Below, piece by piece: positions 28,084 through 37,563 of a DNA stretch of 64,000 nt. The position numbers and the translations under genes were made by a program. The first letter of the stretch is position 1, and every line of letters begins with the position of its first letter. The stretch comes from a virus. The notes under the pieces were generated by a model that was given only the letters and a program-made list of their open reading frames with translations, was not told where the DNA came from and ran no database searches. The DNA lies in the IMG/VR virus record IMGVR_UViG_3300045538_000426, positions 32,001 through 96,000 of that record; one strand, 5' to 3'.

Positions 28084-28955
28084 ATTACAGAAAATTACTT
28101 CCGTTTCACGATGACGTTAAAGTCATGACGCAGTTTGGCATGCTTCCTCTTTCCGTGATGGAGTTTTCCAATGATGATAAATGGGACATGGCTTATTTTA
28201 AACAAGACGATTCCGAAAAGCGAAGAAGCGACGATTGTGAGTATCTTTCCGGATTGGGGATGAGCGAGTTTAGCAGTGCTATCTGTGAATTTATTGTAAA
28301 GTATTGGAGTTTGGAGAATGCCAACGTCGTTGACCCGTTCGCCGGGCGTTCAACTAGAGCCATAATAAGTTCAAAGTTGGGTAGGAATTACCAAGGTTAC
28401 GAAATTTCACCACACACTTTCAATCGTAGTTTGGAACAATACAAAGTCGCGGGGGTAAATCCATTGCTTCATTTGTCAGATGGTCGGTATATGTTAGAAA
28501 CCGAAAATGACTTCGCCCACCTCGTCATGACGTGTCCTCCGTATGGATCGATCGAAAAGTATGAGAGTGTCCCGGGACAATTAAGCGACATTAGAAAATA
28601 CGACGAGTTTCTCTCTAACATAAGTGTTTGTATATCCAATATATACAGAGTTTTAAAGCCAGGAGGGTTCTGTTGTTGGGTGGTAGCTGATTGGAGAGAT
28701 GGTCATGGATACCATCAGTTCAGTAACGACAGCATTCAATTGTTTAAAATGAACGGATTGATACCTCACGACACGGTTATTATAAAGAACAATTCTCCAT
28801 TTGCCGCACTTCAAGCGGGCAAGGCAGCTGCTAAACGGATAACCTCAAAGACACATGAATATCTATTGGTCTTCCGCAAGGAAGGTGAGCTGAATATAGA
28901 CGGATTAAAACTAACGGAAATAAACAAATCGGCAAATGCTTTTTTTGAATTATGA
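28080..28955 (+). CDS. DNA amino-methyltransferase (N6-A/N4-C)
   Basis: Motif I VDPFAGRST precedes motif IV TCPPY; RVLKPGG and HEYLLVFRK follow. Confidence 0.88.
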   Translation: MNYRKLLPFHDDVKVMTQFGMLPLSVMEFSNDDKWDMAYFKQDDSEKRRSDDCEYLSGLGMSEFSSAICEFIVKYWSLENANVVDPFAGRSTRAIISSKLGRNYQGYEISPHTFNRSLEQYKVAGVNPLLHLSDGRYMLETENDFAHLVMTCPPYGSIEKYESVPGQLSDIRKYDEFLSNISVCISNIYRVLKPGGFCCWVVADWRDGHGYHQFSNDSIQLFKMNGLIPHDTVIIKNNSPFAALQAGKAAAKRITSKTHEYLLVFRKEGELNIDGLKLTEINKSANAFFEL

Positions 28956-29107
28956 GAATGTCAGATACGATTTTACTTGAATGGGAGGATTTGGTACTAG
29001 ATTTTATAAAGATAGGATTTACCAGAGTTGAAGCAAGAATTTGTGCCACTGCAATAATGGAAGATAGGTATAAAAAATTTACAACCCTCGATGATGTGGT
29101 AGACTGA
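28952..29107 (+). CDS. 51-aa hypothetical protein (below the ORF-track cutoff)
   Basis: MRMSDTILLEWEDLVLDFIKIGFTRVEARICATAIMEDRYKKFTTLDDVVD; ATGA overlap with the methyltransferase stop. Confidence 0.5.
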   Translation: MRMSDTILLEWEDLVLDFIKIGFTRVEARICATAIMEDRYKKFTTLDDVVD

Positions 29108-29128
29108 TGGAGATATAAAACTAAAATC

Positions 29129-29872
29129 ATGAAAAAACAAACTGTAGAGACATTCATCAAGAAGTATTCACTTAACGGACTCGTTGACTCTGTCAAGTGG
29201 ACCGTTGATTCCGATAAAAAGACACTTACCACCAACGCTATCACGGAGGAAAAGAACGTCTTGATTGCTGTGGAGATTGCTAATTTCGACGCGATTGATG
29301 AGAAGTGTGAATTAGGAGTCTTCGAGACATCTCGTCTATCTAAGATGTTATCGGTTCTCTCCGATACGGTTACACTTTCTCTCAATAAGAAGGACGATAA
29401 GATTACTTCTGTTGGACTTTCTGACGACAATGACACCGTAGCACAATTCATCACATCCGACCTCGCGGTTATCCCATCCGCTCCGGCGTTGAAGAAACTC
29501 CCTGACTTCGGTGTGGAGATACTCTTGGACACCGACTTTGTCTCACGTTTCGTAAAAGCGAAGAATGCTCTTCCCGAAGTAGATACGTTTACTTTACTGA
29601 TGAACAAGAAGTCTAAGTTGGAGATGGTCTTAGGTCATTCCACTTTAAATAGCAATCGTATCACGTTGGGTGTAGATGCGGTCGATGGTAAGGACGTGGT
29701 CAAGAAAAGCGTTAGCTTTAATGCTAAGTATTTCAAGGAAATCTTAGTGGCCAACAGCGACTGCCCATCTGCCGTGTTGAGAGTAAGTGATGCGGGTTTG
29801 TCAACGGTGGAATTCATAAATTCCGATTTCAAGTCGACTTATTACATGGTCGAGGTTAAGATGGTTGACTAA
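29129..29872 (+). CDS. DNA polymerase sliding clamp (gp45-like)
   Basis: 247 aa with two repeated beta-alpha-beta domains (VSFNAKYFKEIL..LRVSDAGL); lies next to the clamp loader. Confidence 0.8.
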   Translation: MKKQTVETFIKKYSLNGLVDSVKWTVDSDKKTLTTNAITEEKNVLIAVEIANFDAIDEKCELGVFETSRLSKMLSVLSDTVTLSLNKKDDKITSVGLSDDNDTVAQFITSDLAVIPSAPALKKLPDFGVEILLDTDFVSRFVKAKNALPEVDTFTLLMNKKSKLEMVLGHSTLNSNRITLGVDAVDGKDVVKKSVSFNAKYFKEILVANSDCPSAVLRVSDAGLSTVEFINSDFKSTYYMVEVKMVD

Positions 29873-29890
29873 GTTGACTAATAACAAGTT

Positions 29891-30847
29891 ATGAATTTTT
29901 CGTTTGAGGAAGAGGTTCCCAAATCTACGGTTGTAAATTCTCTATGGGTAGAGAAATACCGACCCGATAAATTGGATGGGTATATAGGAAATGACCAACT
30001 TAAACAGACGGTTTCATCCTTTATTACGCGAAATGACATACCACATCTACTGTTTTATGGAACGGCTGGCACAGGAAAGACGACTCTCGCTAAGTTGATA
30101 ACTAAGAACGTCGAATGTGATGTCCTTTATATTAACGCGAGTGATGAAAACTCCGTTGACACGGTCAGATCGAAGATTAAGGGGTTCGCTTCGACTACAG
30201 GATTTACATCGTTAAAGGTGATTATTCTGGATGAGTCAGACTTTTTGTCTCAGGAAGCTCAGGCGGCTCTACGAAATCTGATGGAGACATTCAGTCTCAC
30301 TACTCGGTTTATATTGACATGTAACTATCAGGAAAAGATTATCCCCGCGTTAATCTCCCGTTGTCAGACGTATCAAATAAATCCAATTAGTAAGAAAGAG
30401 GTGGCGATTCACCTCAAATCAATCTTCGAGAAGGAATCGGTCAAATTCTCGATGGAAGACTTGGGATATATAGTGAACACGTATTATCCCGATATCCGTA
30501 AGATATTGAATTTCTCCCAACAAAGTGTGTTGGACGGAACTATCAAAATCAATACTTACGATGCCGTAGGAACTGATTTGAAGAATAAGATAATAAGTTC
30601 ACTGTCAAATTCGAATAACATATCCACTACGTTCAACGAAATACGTCAGATAGTTGCTGATAATGACATTCGTTCGTTCGACGAGTATTATTCATTACTC
30701 TACGAAAGATGTTCGGATTACTCCAAGGGAAAGGATGTTCCTGTAATTATTACAATCGCTGAATACGTTCATCAAAGTAGTTTGGTGGTCGATAAGGAGA
30801 TTACATTCATGGCGTGTATCGCAGCGGTTCTAAAGTCAATAAAATGA
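29891..30847 (+). CDS. Clamp loader AAA+ subunit (gp44/RFC small subunit)
   Basis: LWVEKYRP, GTAGTGKTT, INASDE, LDESD, Q.ALRN and SRC. Confidence 0.95.
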   Translation: MNFSFEEEVPKSTVVNSLWVEKYRPDKLDGYIGNDQLKQTVSSFITRNDIPHLLFYGTAGTGKTTLAKLITKNVECDVLYINASDENSVDTVRSKIKGFASTTGFTSLKVIILDESDFLSQEAQAALRNLMETFSLTTRFILTCNYQEKIIPALISRCQTYQINPISKKEVAIHLKSIFEKESVKFSMEDLGYIVNTYYPDIRKILNFSQQSVLDGTIKINTYDAVGTDLKNKIISSLSNSNNISTTFNEIRQIVADNDIRSFDEYYSLLYERCSDYSKGKDVPVIITIAEYVHQSSLVVDKEITFMACIAAVLKSIK

Positions 30848-30879
30848 GACAGTAGTAATCTTTATAAGAACTAACATGG

Positions 30880-30903
30880 AAACCGGCCTCTGGCCGGTTT
30901 TTT
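30880..30903 (+). terminator. Rho-independent terminator
   Basis: AAACCGGCC-TCT-GGCCGGTTT stem-loop running into a T-tract, right after the replication operon. Confidence 0.85.
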
Positions 30904-30929
30904 AGTTTGTAGAAACGATAACTGATTGA

Positions 30930-30937
30930 TATTTATA
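30930..30937 (+). promoter_or_regulatory. TATTTATA late-promoter-like motif
   Basis: Ends 6 nt before the ATG at 30944, immediately after a terminator. Confidence 0.6.
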
Positions 30938-30943
30938 GGATAA

Positions 30944-31522
30944 ATGAAACAAAAACTACACGAAAACGACCTCGGTGATAGAATGGCTCTTGGGTTGCCG
31001 TATGGAACATCTGGTGTGGTCAATCCAGGAGCAGGCACATTTAGTTCACCTGACGCATCTCAGACTCCATCTAGTTTTTATCAAGATGGTCCTAACAAAG
31101 TAAGCTCTTATAACAACGATAAAGCAATCGGTATAAATAAAGACGATATTGCTTTGTTGAAGGGAAGAGTCACTCCCGATGAGATACTGTGTGGAATGGA
31201 GTATGAACTCAAGCGAATGGTCGACCGAAACAAAGGAAAGGCGAAGGAAATCGTAGTGGCGAATCTAAAGAGAGATCCTAAGTATTATTCTAGTCTCGGT
31301 ATGCTTATTCACGGAGACGAACGTATAAACGAGTCGGTTGACCCGGAAAAAATGGCTGCGGAAAAGAAGAAAGCATTTGAAGAGATATTCTCCGGTATGA
31401 TGGCTAGTCAAGGAAAGACCACGGTCAGAAACGTTGATGAGAGAGTGGTAAATGCATATAAGGAAACCGCTGCTCGTTCAAACGAACGTCGGAAGCCATT
31501 TGGAACGATTATAAAATTATGA
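30944..31522 (+). CDS. DUF5661-like protein, candidate virion internal protein
   Basis: GMEYELKR..AKEIVVANLKRDPKYYSSL. Confidence 0.6.
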   Translation: MKQKLHENDLGDRMALGLPYGTSGVVNPGAGTFSSPDASQTPSSFYQDGPNKVSSYNNDKAIGINKDDIALLKGRVTPDEILCGMEYELKRMVDRNKGKAKEIVVANLKRDPKYYSSLGMLIHGDERINESVDPEKMAAEKKKAFEEIFSGMMASQGKTTVRNVDERVVNAYKETAARSNERRKPFGTIIKL

Positions 31523-32154
31523 GACTATTTGAGTTTTACCCCGATATATCAACTGACAAATTATCTGGCGGAAAGGGAGATGGCGCATTGCCGAGTCATA
31601 CGGACACCGCTGAACTTGCATTAGGCGTTCAGATAGAATCCGAACACACGGATGACCCCGACATAGCCACGGAAATTGCCACCGATCACCTCACTGAAGA
31701 CCCGAAGTATTACTCCAAACTTATATCTGCTGGACTTTCTGATGAATTTCCTTCGATGGTTAATTCTGGATTGGGTGATCCGAATGCACCATTGAATAAA
31801 GTATCCAAGATTGGTAATGACGTGACATATTGTAAGCCTGGGAATAATATAGGCAAAATTACTAAGACATCGGACGGTAATATACCCGGCAGATCAGACA
31901 AGCCCATCGTTGATAAGTCTATATCGGAGATAAAGTCGGATACGACATATGGTGATTATGCTAAGATAGCACAAAGAGTCATTGATGCTCTCATGGTTAT
32001 GGCTAGGAAGACTCCGAAGAACTTCACGGAAGCGGAAAAAATGATAACTCCGAGTTTTGTGAAAAGCGTTCTATTAGGATTGGGTCAGTCACATCCGGAA
32101 CTTAGTGAAAAGTTGACGTCGTTAGCAGCGATTGCAAGAAAACCGAAATTCTAA
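31519..32154 (+). CDS. DUF5661 family protein
   Basis: GVQIESEHTDDPDIATEIATDHLTEDPKYYSKL. Confidence 0.75.
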   Translation: MRLFEFYPDISTDKLSGGKGDGALPSHTDTAELALGVQIESEHTDDPDIATEIATDHLTEDPKYYSKLISAGLSDEFPSMVNSGLGDPNAPLNKVSKIGNDVTYCKPGNNIGKITKTSDGNIPGRSDKPIVDKSISEIKSDTTYGDYAKIAQRVIDALMVMARKTPKNFTEAEKMITPSFVKSVLLGLGQSHPELSEKLTSLAAIARKPKF

Positions 32155-32155
32155 C

Positions 32156-33460
32156 ATGTTAAACGAGAGTCCTGATAAGTTAATATTGAAGGGAAAGAAG
32201 CTTTCGTGGCACGCGGGCATTACATTCTTTGCATTCAAGACACCCGGTGGAAAGTTTCATATAGCTCTATCTCATGGATCGACATCTGACTTTCATATGC
32301 AGATAAATGAAATAGATCTTACTTCATATATCAAGAAAAATCACACCGAATTCATGACTTATTTGGATCATGAAAGTATGGCTGCGGTAATCCATGCTAT
32401 AAAGCCGGACATAATCAAGAAGGAAATGAACCGGGAGGAATTTGAATTCAGTGGTCGGATGTGGCAGGACAGTGGGAAGAATTATCTATCGTTCTGGAAC
32501 AGTCGTCAAAGAGTTGAGGAGAACCGTTCATTGTTAGACCGATTGATGGCTTTGCTTAAAATCAAATTCGACAATTCACTATTCGAATTTCCTCAAAATC
32601 AGGGAGATTATCGTCCATATGATCAAATAGGAGGAACTGCGGAACTTCCGAAGAAAGATATGGCTAAATTCATGTCACAGCTTCACACTCTTCCTCCCGG
32701 AGCAAAGAAGTGGGCCATGCAAGGGTTATCTATGAAAGAGGCACTCATGAGTGAGAACCCCGACGTCATATACATGGATGATTCTGGAAAGGAATCTTAT
32801 AGTTGGGGTTCTATCCAAGTCAGTTCAGTATTCTCCGTATTTAATAATTTAAGAGACGGTGTCGATTCACAATACATCGTCGCCGTGTGTTCCGGTGCAA
32901 ATCAGTATATAACCACTGGAGACGATAGGTTTGATAGAGAATTGCAGTTGGATAAGTATGCTCGTGAAACGGCTGGTGAGTACATGAATCACGATACGTT
33001 GCTTAGTCCACTTGCTGATTATTTAATAGGTGACGATGATGAGGACGTGTGGAACCTCAGAGCGGCTACGTTAGTGTCAGGTCGAAGTTGGAAGTTGGAT
33101 AGTGGATCGGTTTTTTCGTTCTGGAATAAACAGTCGGTAGTTCAACGATATAAAAAACAGATAGATGAAATTATGAATAAGATAGGGGCTCGTGCAGAGA
33201 GTTCCAAATTTGAATCTATAGATCATCAAAACGAAATGAAATCGTATGAAGAGTTTTTCGGTGGACAACTTCAAAAATCTAAACTATCGGATGTTCAGAT
33301 ACGAGAATTGATGAAGATACAACACTTGGATCCGAGAGCAAAGAAAATCCTCCACGCGTTGGCGAATAGAGGGGATTATGCGGATTCCATGAAAAGCGCA
33401 GCTGCATCCATGAATATAACGGTAGCTCAACTTAAAAATCGAATTACACAGGGAGACTGA
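32156..33460 (+). CDS. Hypothetical protein with an internally duplicated domain
   Basis: Two copies of E.PD....SW ... GR.W......SFWN; ATG at 32156. Confidence 0.6.
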   Translation: MLNESPDKLILKGKKLSWHAGITFFAFKTPGGKFHIALSHGSTSDFHMQINEIDLTSYIKKNHTEFMTYLDHESMAAVIHAIKPDIIKKEMNREEFEFSGRMWQDSGKNYLSFWNSRQRVEENRSLLDRLMALLKIKFDNSLFEFPQNQGDYRPYDQIGGTAELPKKDMAKFMSQLHTLPPGAKKWAMQGLSMKEALMSENPDVIYMDDSGKESYSWGSIQVSSVFSVFNNLRDGVDSQYIVAVCSGANQYITTGDDRFDRELQLDKYARETAGEYMNHDTLLSPLADYLIGDDDEDVWNLRAATLVSGRSWKLDSGSVFSFWNKQSVVQRYKKQIDEIMNKIGARAESSKFESIDHQNEMKSYEEFFGGQLQKSKLSDVQIRELMKIQHLDPRAKKILHALANRGDYADSMKSAAASMNITVAQLKNRITQGD

Positions 33461-33462
33461 CG

Positions 33463-34068
33463 ATGAATCGAAGGGACATAATAAACAGATACAAGACACG
33501 TTCCACGTTGAATGAGAGTGGAATCAATGAGATTGACTATAAAAGCCTCGCCGTCGCTGGTATGATAGGAGCCGCTTCTATGTTTCCCGGACAATCTAAA
33601 GCGTCACAGGAACCAACCTCAACGGTTCAGAAAGTTTCTTATCCATATACTTTGGAGGATATTATAGCAGCGACCATCGTCGATGAAGCGGGTGGAGAAA
33701 AAGATGCCGCGCGGGATATGCAATCTGTTTTGAATGTTATAATGAAACGTGGGAATGGTGATATACGGTCCGCCGCGGCAGCATGTTTGAAAGAAAAACA
33801 ATTTAGCGGATGGAATCCCATAAAGAAGTCTGACATCAAGAGCGTCAATAGTTTTATAGAGAAGAAGAGAAAACACGGAAAATATTCCGTCGCTCTGAAA
33901 TTGGTCGCTCAGGCTCGTGCCGGAACACTGAAGGATATCACCAATGGAGCAGATCATTTTCTCAATCTGGAATTGACAAAATCTCAAAGTGGAAAGATTC
34001 CGTCTTGGTATGACCCTAAAAAAGTGACGGGTAAGATAGGAAGGACCACGTTCCTGAAATTGAATTGA
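33463..34068 (+). CDS. Cell wall hydrolase (Hydrolase_2, SleB/CwlJ family)
   Basis: IAATIVDEAGGE, VLNVIMKR, KQFSGWN, DITNGADHF and PSW..KIGRTTF. Confidence 0.85.
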   Translation: MNRRDIINRYKTRSTLNESGINEIDYKSLAVAGMIGAASMFPGQSKASQEPTSTVQKVSYPYTLEDIIAATIVDEAGGEKDAARDMQSVLNVIMKRGNGDIRSAAAACLKEKQFSGWNPIKKSDIKSVNSFIEKKRKHGKYSVALKLVAQARAGTLKDITNGADHFLNLELTKSQSGKIPSWYDPKKVTGKIGRTTFLKLN

Positions 34069-34069
34069 T

Positions 34070-34327
34070 ATGGAAGAATACCCTGTTATTAACTCTGACA
34101 TGATCCGTAATATGATGATAAGACGGAATCAGTCTAATGAATTTCAACAAGTCGTTCAATATGATCCCTCGGAGGTAACGGAGTTAGAAGAGTTTTGTGC
34201 CAAATATGGAATATTAGGTGTAAATTTTGGTAAAATGTCTCCCAGAGCAACGTTGAGTATGTTGAAGGCTAAAATGGGAATACGTGATTCTGTGAATGAG
34301 AATAAAAAGATTTTGTTGAAAGGATAA
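34070..34327 (+). CDS. Hypothetical protein
   Basis: 85-aa ORF in the late block. Confidence 0.6.
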   Translation: MEEYPVINSDMIRNMMIRRNQSNEFQQVVQYDPSEVTELEEFCAKYGILGVNFGKMSPRATLSMLKAKMGIRDSVNENKKILLKG

Positions 34328-34331
34328 TTAT

Positions 34332-35300
34332 ATGAAAAATTACATACGTCTCGTAGTATTGATCGCGTCGTTATCGTTGGCCGGATGCACAACGTTGATG
34401 GATTCGTTTAAATCAAGTGAAACCAAAGCACAGGACAAGCTCGATAAGAAGACCTCTGAGATTCTCGTAGACAAAGATGCTTTGTCAAAAAACAACATCG
34501 TCAAGTTAAAACAAATAGGAACCGTGTCTAAAGGAGTTCAACACGCGTTGAATAAGGACACGAACAATTCTCCTCCTATAAACGTAGCCAGAGAGTTAAA
34601 TGACCGGGTTATTTCTCTAGCCGGAAATCCAGACGTTAAGGATGTTGTCCGCGTGAAGCAAGTTGTGGATGATTTGATTTCGGAGGTGGAAGCTGAACAG
34701 AAACGGGGAAAATCGGAATTGACCAGACTTGACAAGGAACTCCAATACTCACAATCCCAGCGTGACCTCATTCAGAGTTCATTTGATAAGAAATCGGAAG
34801 AATATAGGAAAATCAGTGAAAAAATCGCATATATAAGCGACCAACAAGAGGCCGCTGTGGAACAGATGGATAAGTGGTTTGGATTGGGAGCAGTATTCTA
34901 TGGATTGAAGAAATTTGTAATATCTTCTATATGGATTCTCTCAATCGGAACGATTTTATTCATGGGTCTTAGGATATTGTCACAGACCAATCCGATTGCT
35001 GCGTCTGTTTTTAGTATATTTGAGTTAATGGGAAGTGGAGTGCTTCGTGTAATTAAGTCGATACTTCCAAATTCATTCGGTCATGCCAAGTTCGTCGATA
35101 CATCCACGTCGGAAAAGTATAGAATCACACTGGATAGAATAATCGATACACTACAGTCGTTGAAAGAGCAGAATGCTGTGCTTCCCAACGAGTCTAAATT
35201 TGACTTAGCTAAGACGTTCTTGGAACTTGACAAGAAAATGGATAGCGTCGAGAAGAAAGTTGTCTATGACCGACTCGTTTCGATGGGTTGGAAAATATAA
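34332..35300 (+). CDS. Lipoprotein with coiled coil and downstream transmembrane segment(s), spanin-like
   Basis: Lipobox LAGC at residues 16-19, long heptad-rich region, then a hydrophobic stretch FVISSIWILSIGTILFMGL. Confidence 0.6.
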   Translation: MKNYIRLVVLIASLSLAGCTTLMDSFKSSETKAQDKLDKKTSEILVDKDALSKNNIVKLKQIGTVSKGVQHALNKDTNNSPPINVARELNDRVISLAGNPDVKDVVRVKQVVDDLISEVEAEQKRGKSELTRLDKELQYSQSQRDLIQSSFDKKSEEYRKISEKIAYISDQQEAAVEQMDKWFGLGAVFYGLKKFVISSIWILSIGTILFMGLRILSQTNPIAASVFSIFELMGSGVLRVIKSILPNSFGHAKFVDTSTSEKYRITLDRIIDTLQSLKEQNAVLPNESKFDLAKTFLELDKKMDSVEKKVVYDRLVSMGWKI

Positions 35301-35304
35301 TTTC

Positions 35305-35332
35305 TTGAATCTAACATGTTGTGGTATATATT
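35305..35332 (+). promoter_or_regulatory. sigma70-like promoter
   Basis: TTGAAT-N16-TATATT upstream of the ATG at 35344. Confidence 0.4.
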
Positions 35333-35343
35333 GTTATCTGGAT

Positions 35344-35643
35344 ATGAGATATTACATTGTAGACACAACCCAATCCAACGAACCTAGGATTTTTGATTCT
35401 TTGCCATCGTTGGTTTTTCACCTAGAAGGATCTGTGCAGCGAAAATTTGGACTTACGAGGGACGCATATATGCACAATCTCATAAGTTTGGGTTATGGAT
35501 ACGATGATAGGGAAGGTGCCACTTTTACTACCGCCATGTCGGAGGAATTCAACATCGGTGTAGTTCGTTCCGGTAAGTTATTGAGAACAAACGTCCACGA
35601 AGCGGCATATGGAAACAAATACCGCCAACAACACGGAGATTAA
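35344..35643 (+). CDS. Hypothetical protein
   Basis: MRYYIVDTTQ...; ATG at 35344 is the likely start. Confidence 0.6.
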   Translation: MRYYIVDTTQSNEPRIFDSLPSLVFHLEGSVQRKFGLTRDAYMHNLISLGYGYDDREGATFTTAMSEEFNIGVVRSGKLLRTNVHEAAYGNKYRQQHGD

Positions 35644-37283
35644 TGATTTCTCTGGACGTAAAGTGGTCAGAGCCTTACCAGTTCAACACCGAACATGGCA
35701 AGTGGTGGAAACGTGATTGGATGATACCCTCGGATCATAGGTCTGAGTTCTTTGTGTATTGGAGGAGTAACTCTTTTAAGTTGAAAGAACGGGGGTTCGG
35801 TGTTTTTAAGAAGGACGAGGAGTGGTATCTAAGTGAATCTAAGCCAGAAAAACACTTTTTCAAGGAATTCTCACATTTAACGCCGGTGGAGAAACCACGG
35901 GCTGATTTTTTTCTCATTCCATATAAAGTCAAGGATGAGTCATGTCTTCGTCCGTGGCAGGTAGGAGCGGTTGGCAAGATTTGTGCGGCGCTGGAAAAGT
36001 GGGGATGTGCGATAGACGGTTCGGACGTCGGAATAGGTAAAACTTATACGGCATGTGGTGTGGCAAGAGAACTTGAGATGGATATTTTAGTGGTATGCCC
36101 GAAAGCCGTCAAAGAGTCTTGGAGGAGGGTCATCAAGGACCATTTTAAAATGGCCGGACGGATGGTAGGTATCATCAACTACGAATTGCTGACACGAGGG
36201 AGGTCGGATTCTGAGATAGCGTCCTATGTTAGAAATAAAAAGACCCACGTTAATGAATTTATTTGGAAGATTCCCAAAAACACATTGATAGTGTGGGATG
36301 AGAGTCAGAAGTTGAAGGGAAGCGCAACCAAAAACAGCAAAGTGTGTCTGTTAGCGTTGAAACAGGGTTACAAAATGCTGTTTTGCAGTGCTACAAACGC
36401 CACGAACCCACTTGAATTGAGAACCGTCGGCATGTCTCTCAAACTCTTCGAGAATAACAAACAATATTATCAGTGGTTGTATCTCCACGGAGTAAATAAG
36501 GGGAGATTTGGACTTGAATTCAACAATAATAAAGACGTATTGACGAAGTTGAACCGAGATATATTTGTAGACCGGGGAATCAGACTTACACGAGATACAA
36601 TTCCAAACTTCCCAGAGAGTCAGATAACGGCTCAGTGTTATGACATGGAAGAAGAGAGTCAGAAAAAGATAAATTCTTTATATGACGAGATGAAATCCGA
36701 ATTAAAGCGGTTGACCAGCAAGGTGAAGAAAGAAGGGAAGGATAATACATCCCAACTCACCGCGATTTTACGGGCGAGACAGAAGATAGAGTTGGTAAAG
36801 GTCCCATTGTTCATCGAAATGATAGAAGATGGTATTGAAAATGGTATGAGCGTGGTTGTTTTCGTGAATTTTACCGATACAATTGAGGCTCTATCGAAGA
36901 GACTCAACACGAGATGTATCGTCAATGGTCAGGTGAAAGACAAGGAGAGGCAAGATAACATCGATAATTTCCAAGCCGATAAAGAACGAGTTATATTGGT
37001 AAATATCGCGGCAGGTGGCGCGGGATTAAGTTTACATGACCTGAATGGAAAATATCCTAGACTATCGATCATTTCTCCGTCATACTCGGCCGTACAAATG
37101 AGACAGGCTACAGGACGAGTTTGGAGAGACAGTGCTAAAAGCAAGAGCATTCAGAATATTGTTTTCGTGGCGAATACGGTAGAGGTGCAGGTGTGTGAGG
37201 CTGTCAATAAGAAATTGGATAACTTGGATTTGCTCAACGATGGGGATATGGATAACTATGAAACCACAGGAAATAACAGTTAA
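35643..37283 (+). CDS. Superfamily 2 (SNF2-like) helicase
   Basis: LRPWQ, DVGIGKT, VVCPK, WDESQ (DExx), SAT, GGAGLSL and QATGRVWR. Confidence 0.9.
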   Translation: MISLDVKWSEPYQFNTEHGKWWKRDWMIPSDHRSEFFVYWRSNSFKLKERGFGVFKKDEEWYLSESKPEKHFFKEFSHLTPVEKPRADFFLIPYKVKDESCLRPWQVGAVGKICAALEKWGCAIDGSDVGIGKTYTACGVARELEMDILVVCPKAVKESWRRVIKDHFKMAGRMVGIINYELLTRGRSDSEIASYVRNKKTHVNEFIWKIPKNTLIVWDESQKLKGSATKNSKVCLLALKQGYKMLFCSATNATNPLELRTVGMSLKLFENNKQYYQWLYLHGVNKGRFGLEFNNNKDVLTKLNRDIFVDRGIRLTRDTIPNFPESQITAQCYDMEEESQKKINSLYDEMKSELKRLTSKVKKEGKDNTSQLTAILRARQKIELVKVPLFIEMIEDGIENGMSVVVFVNFTDTIEALSKRLNTRCIVNGQVKDKERQDNIDNFQADKERVILVNIAAGGAGLSLHDLNGKYPRLSIISPSYSAVQMRQATGRVWRDSAKSKSIQNIVFVANTVEVQVCEAVNKKLDNLDLLNDGDMDNYETTGNNS

Positions 37284-37563
37284 AAGCGCTGGTTGGTCAC
37301 GAGTCATCATCATTGACAAGTCTCTCTTCGATGATGTTTACGTCGAGGCTTGTACTCAAGTAATTGAATTGAATTTCAAGGAAAAGAATATGTTAGTGGC
37401 ACCTTTCATAGAAGCATCTTTAAAGAATGGAAAACGATTTTTCATCTTCAATTCCTATAAGATATTATCAAACGCGGGGTATCATACTTTCGCTGAAAAT
37501 CTCAGACGAAATGTAAAACAGAATATGTGCGTAGACTTGAAAAACGAACCTATTAGGGGATAA
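37258..37563 (+). CDS. Hypothetical protein
   Basis: MKPQEITVKSAGW...; ATG at 37258 is the likely start. Confidence 0.55.
   Translation: MKPQEITVKSAGWSRVIIIDKSLFDDVYVEACTQVIELNFKEKNMLVAPFIEASLKNGKRFFIFNSYKILSNAGYHTFAENLRRNVKQNMCVDLKNEPIRG

Noticed and set aside
28831-29607. 258-aa - strand ORF
   Set aside because: Antisense shadow of the sliding clamp and methyltransferase genes; Ser-rich with no motifs.
29864-29882. GTTGACTAA x2 tandem (and ATTCTCTAC x2 near 55165)
   Set aside because: Two-copy 9-mers with no regulator or consistent context; could be chance or small duplications.
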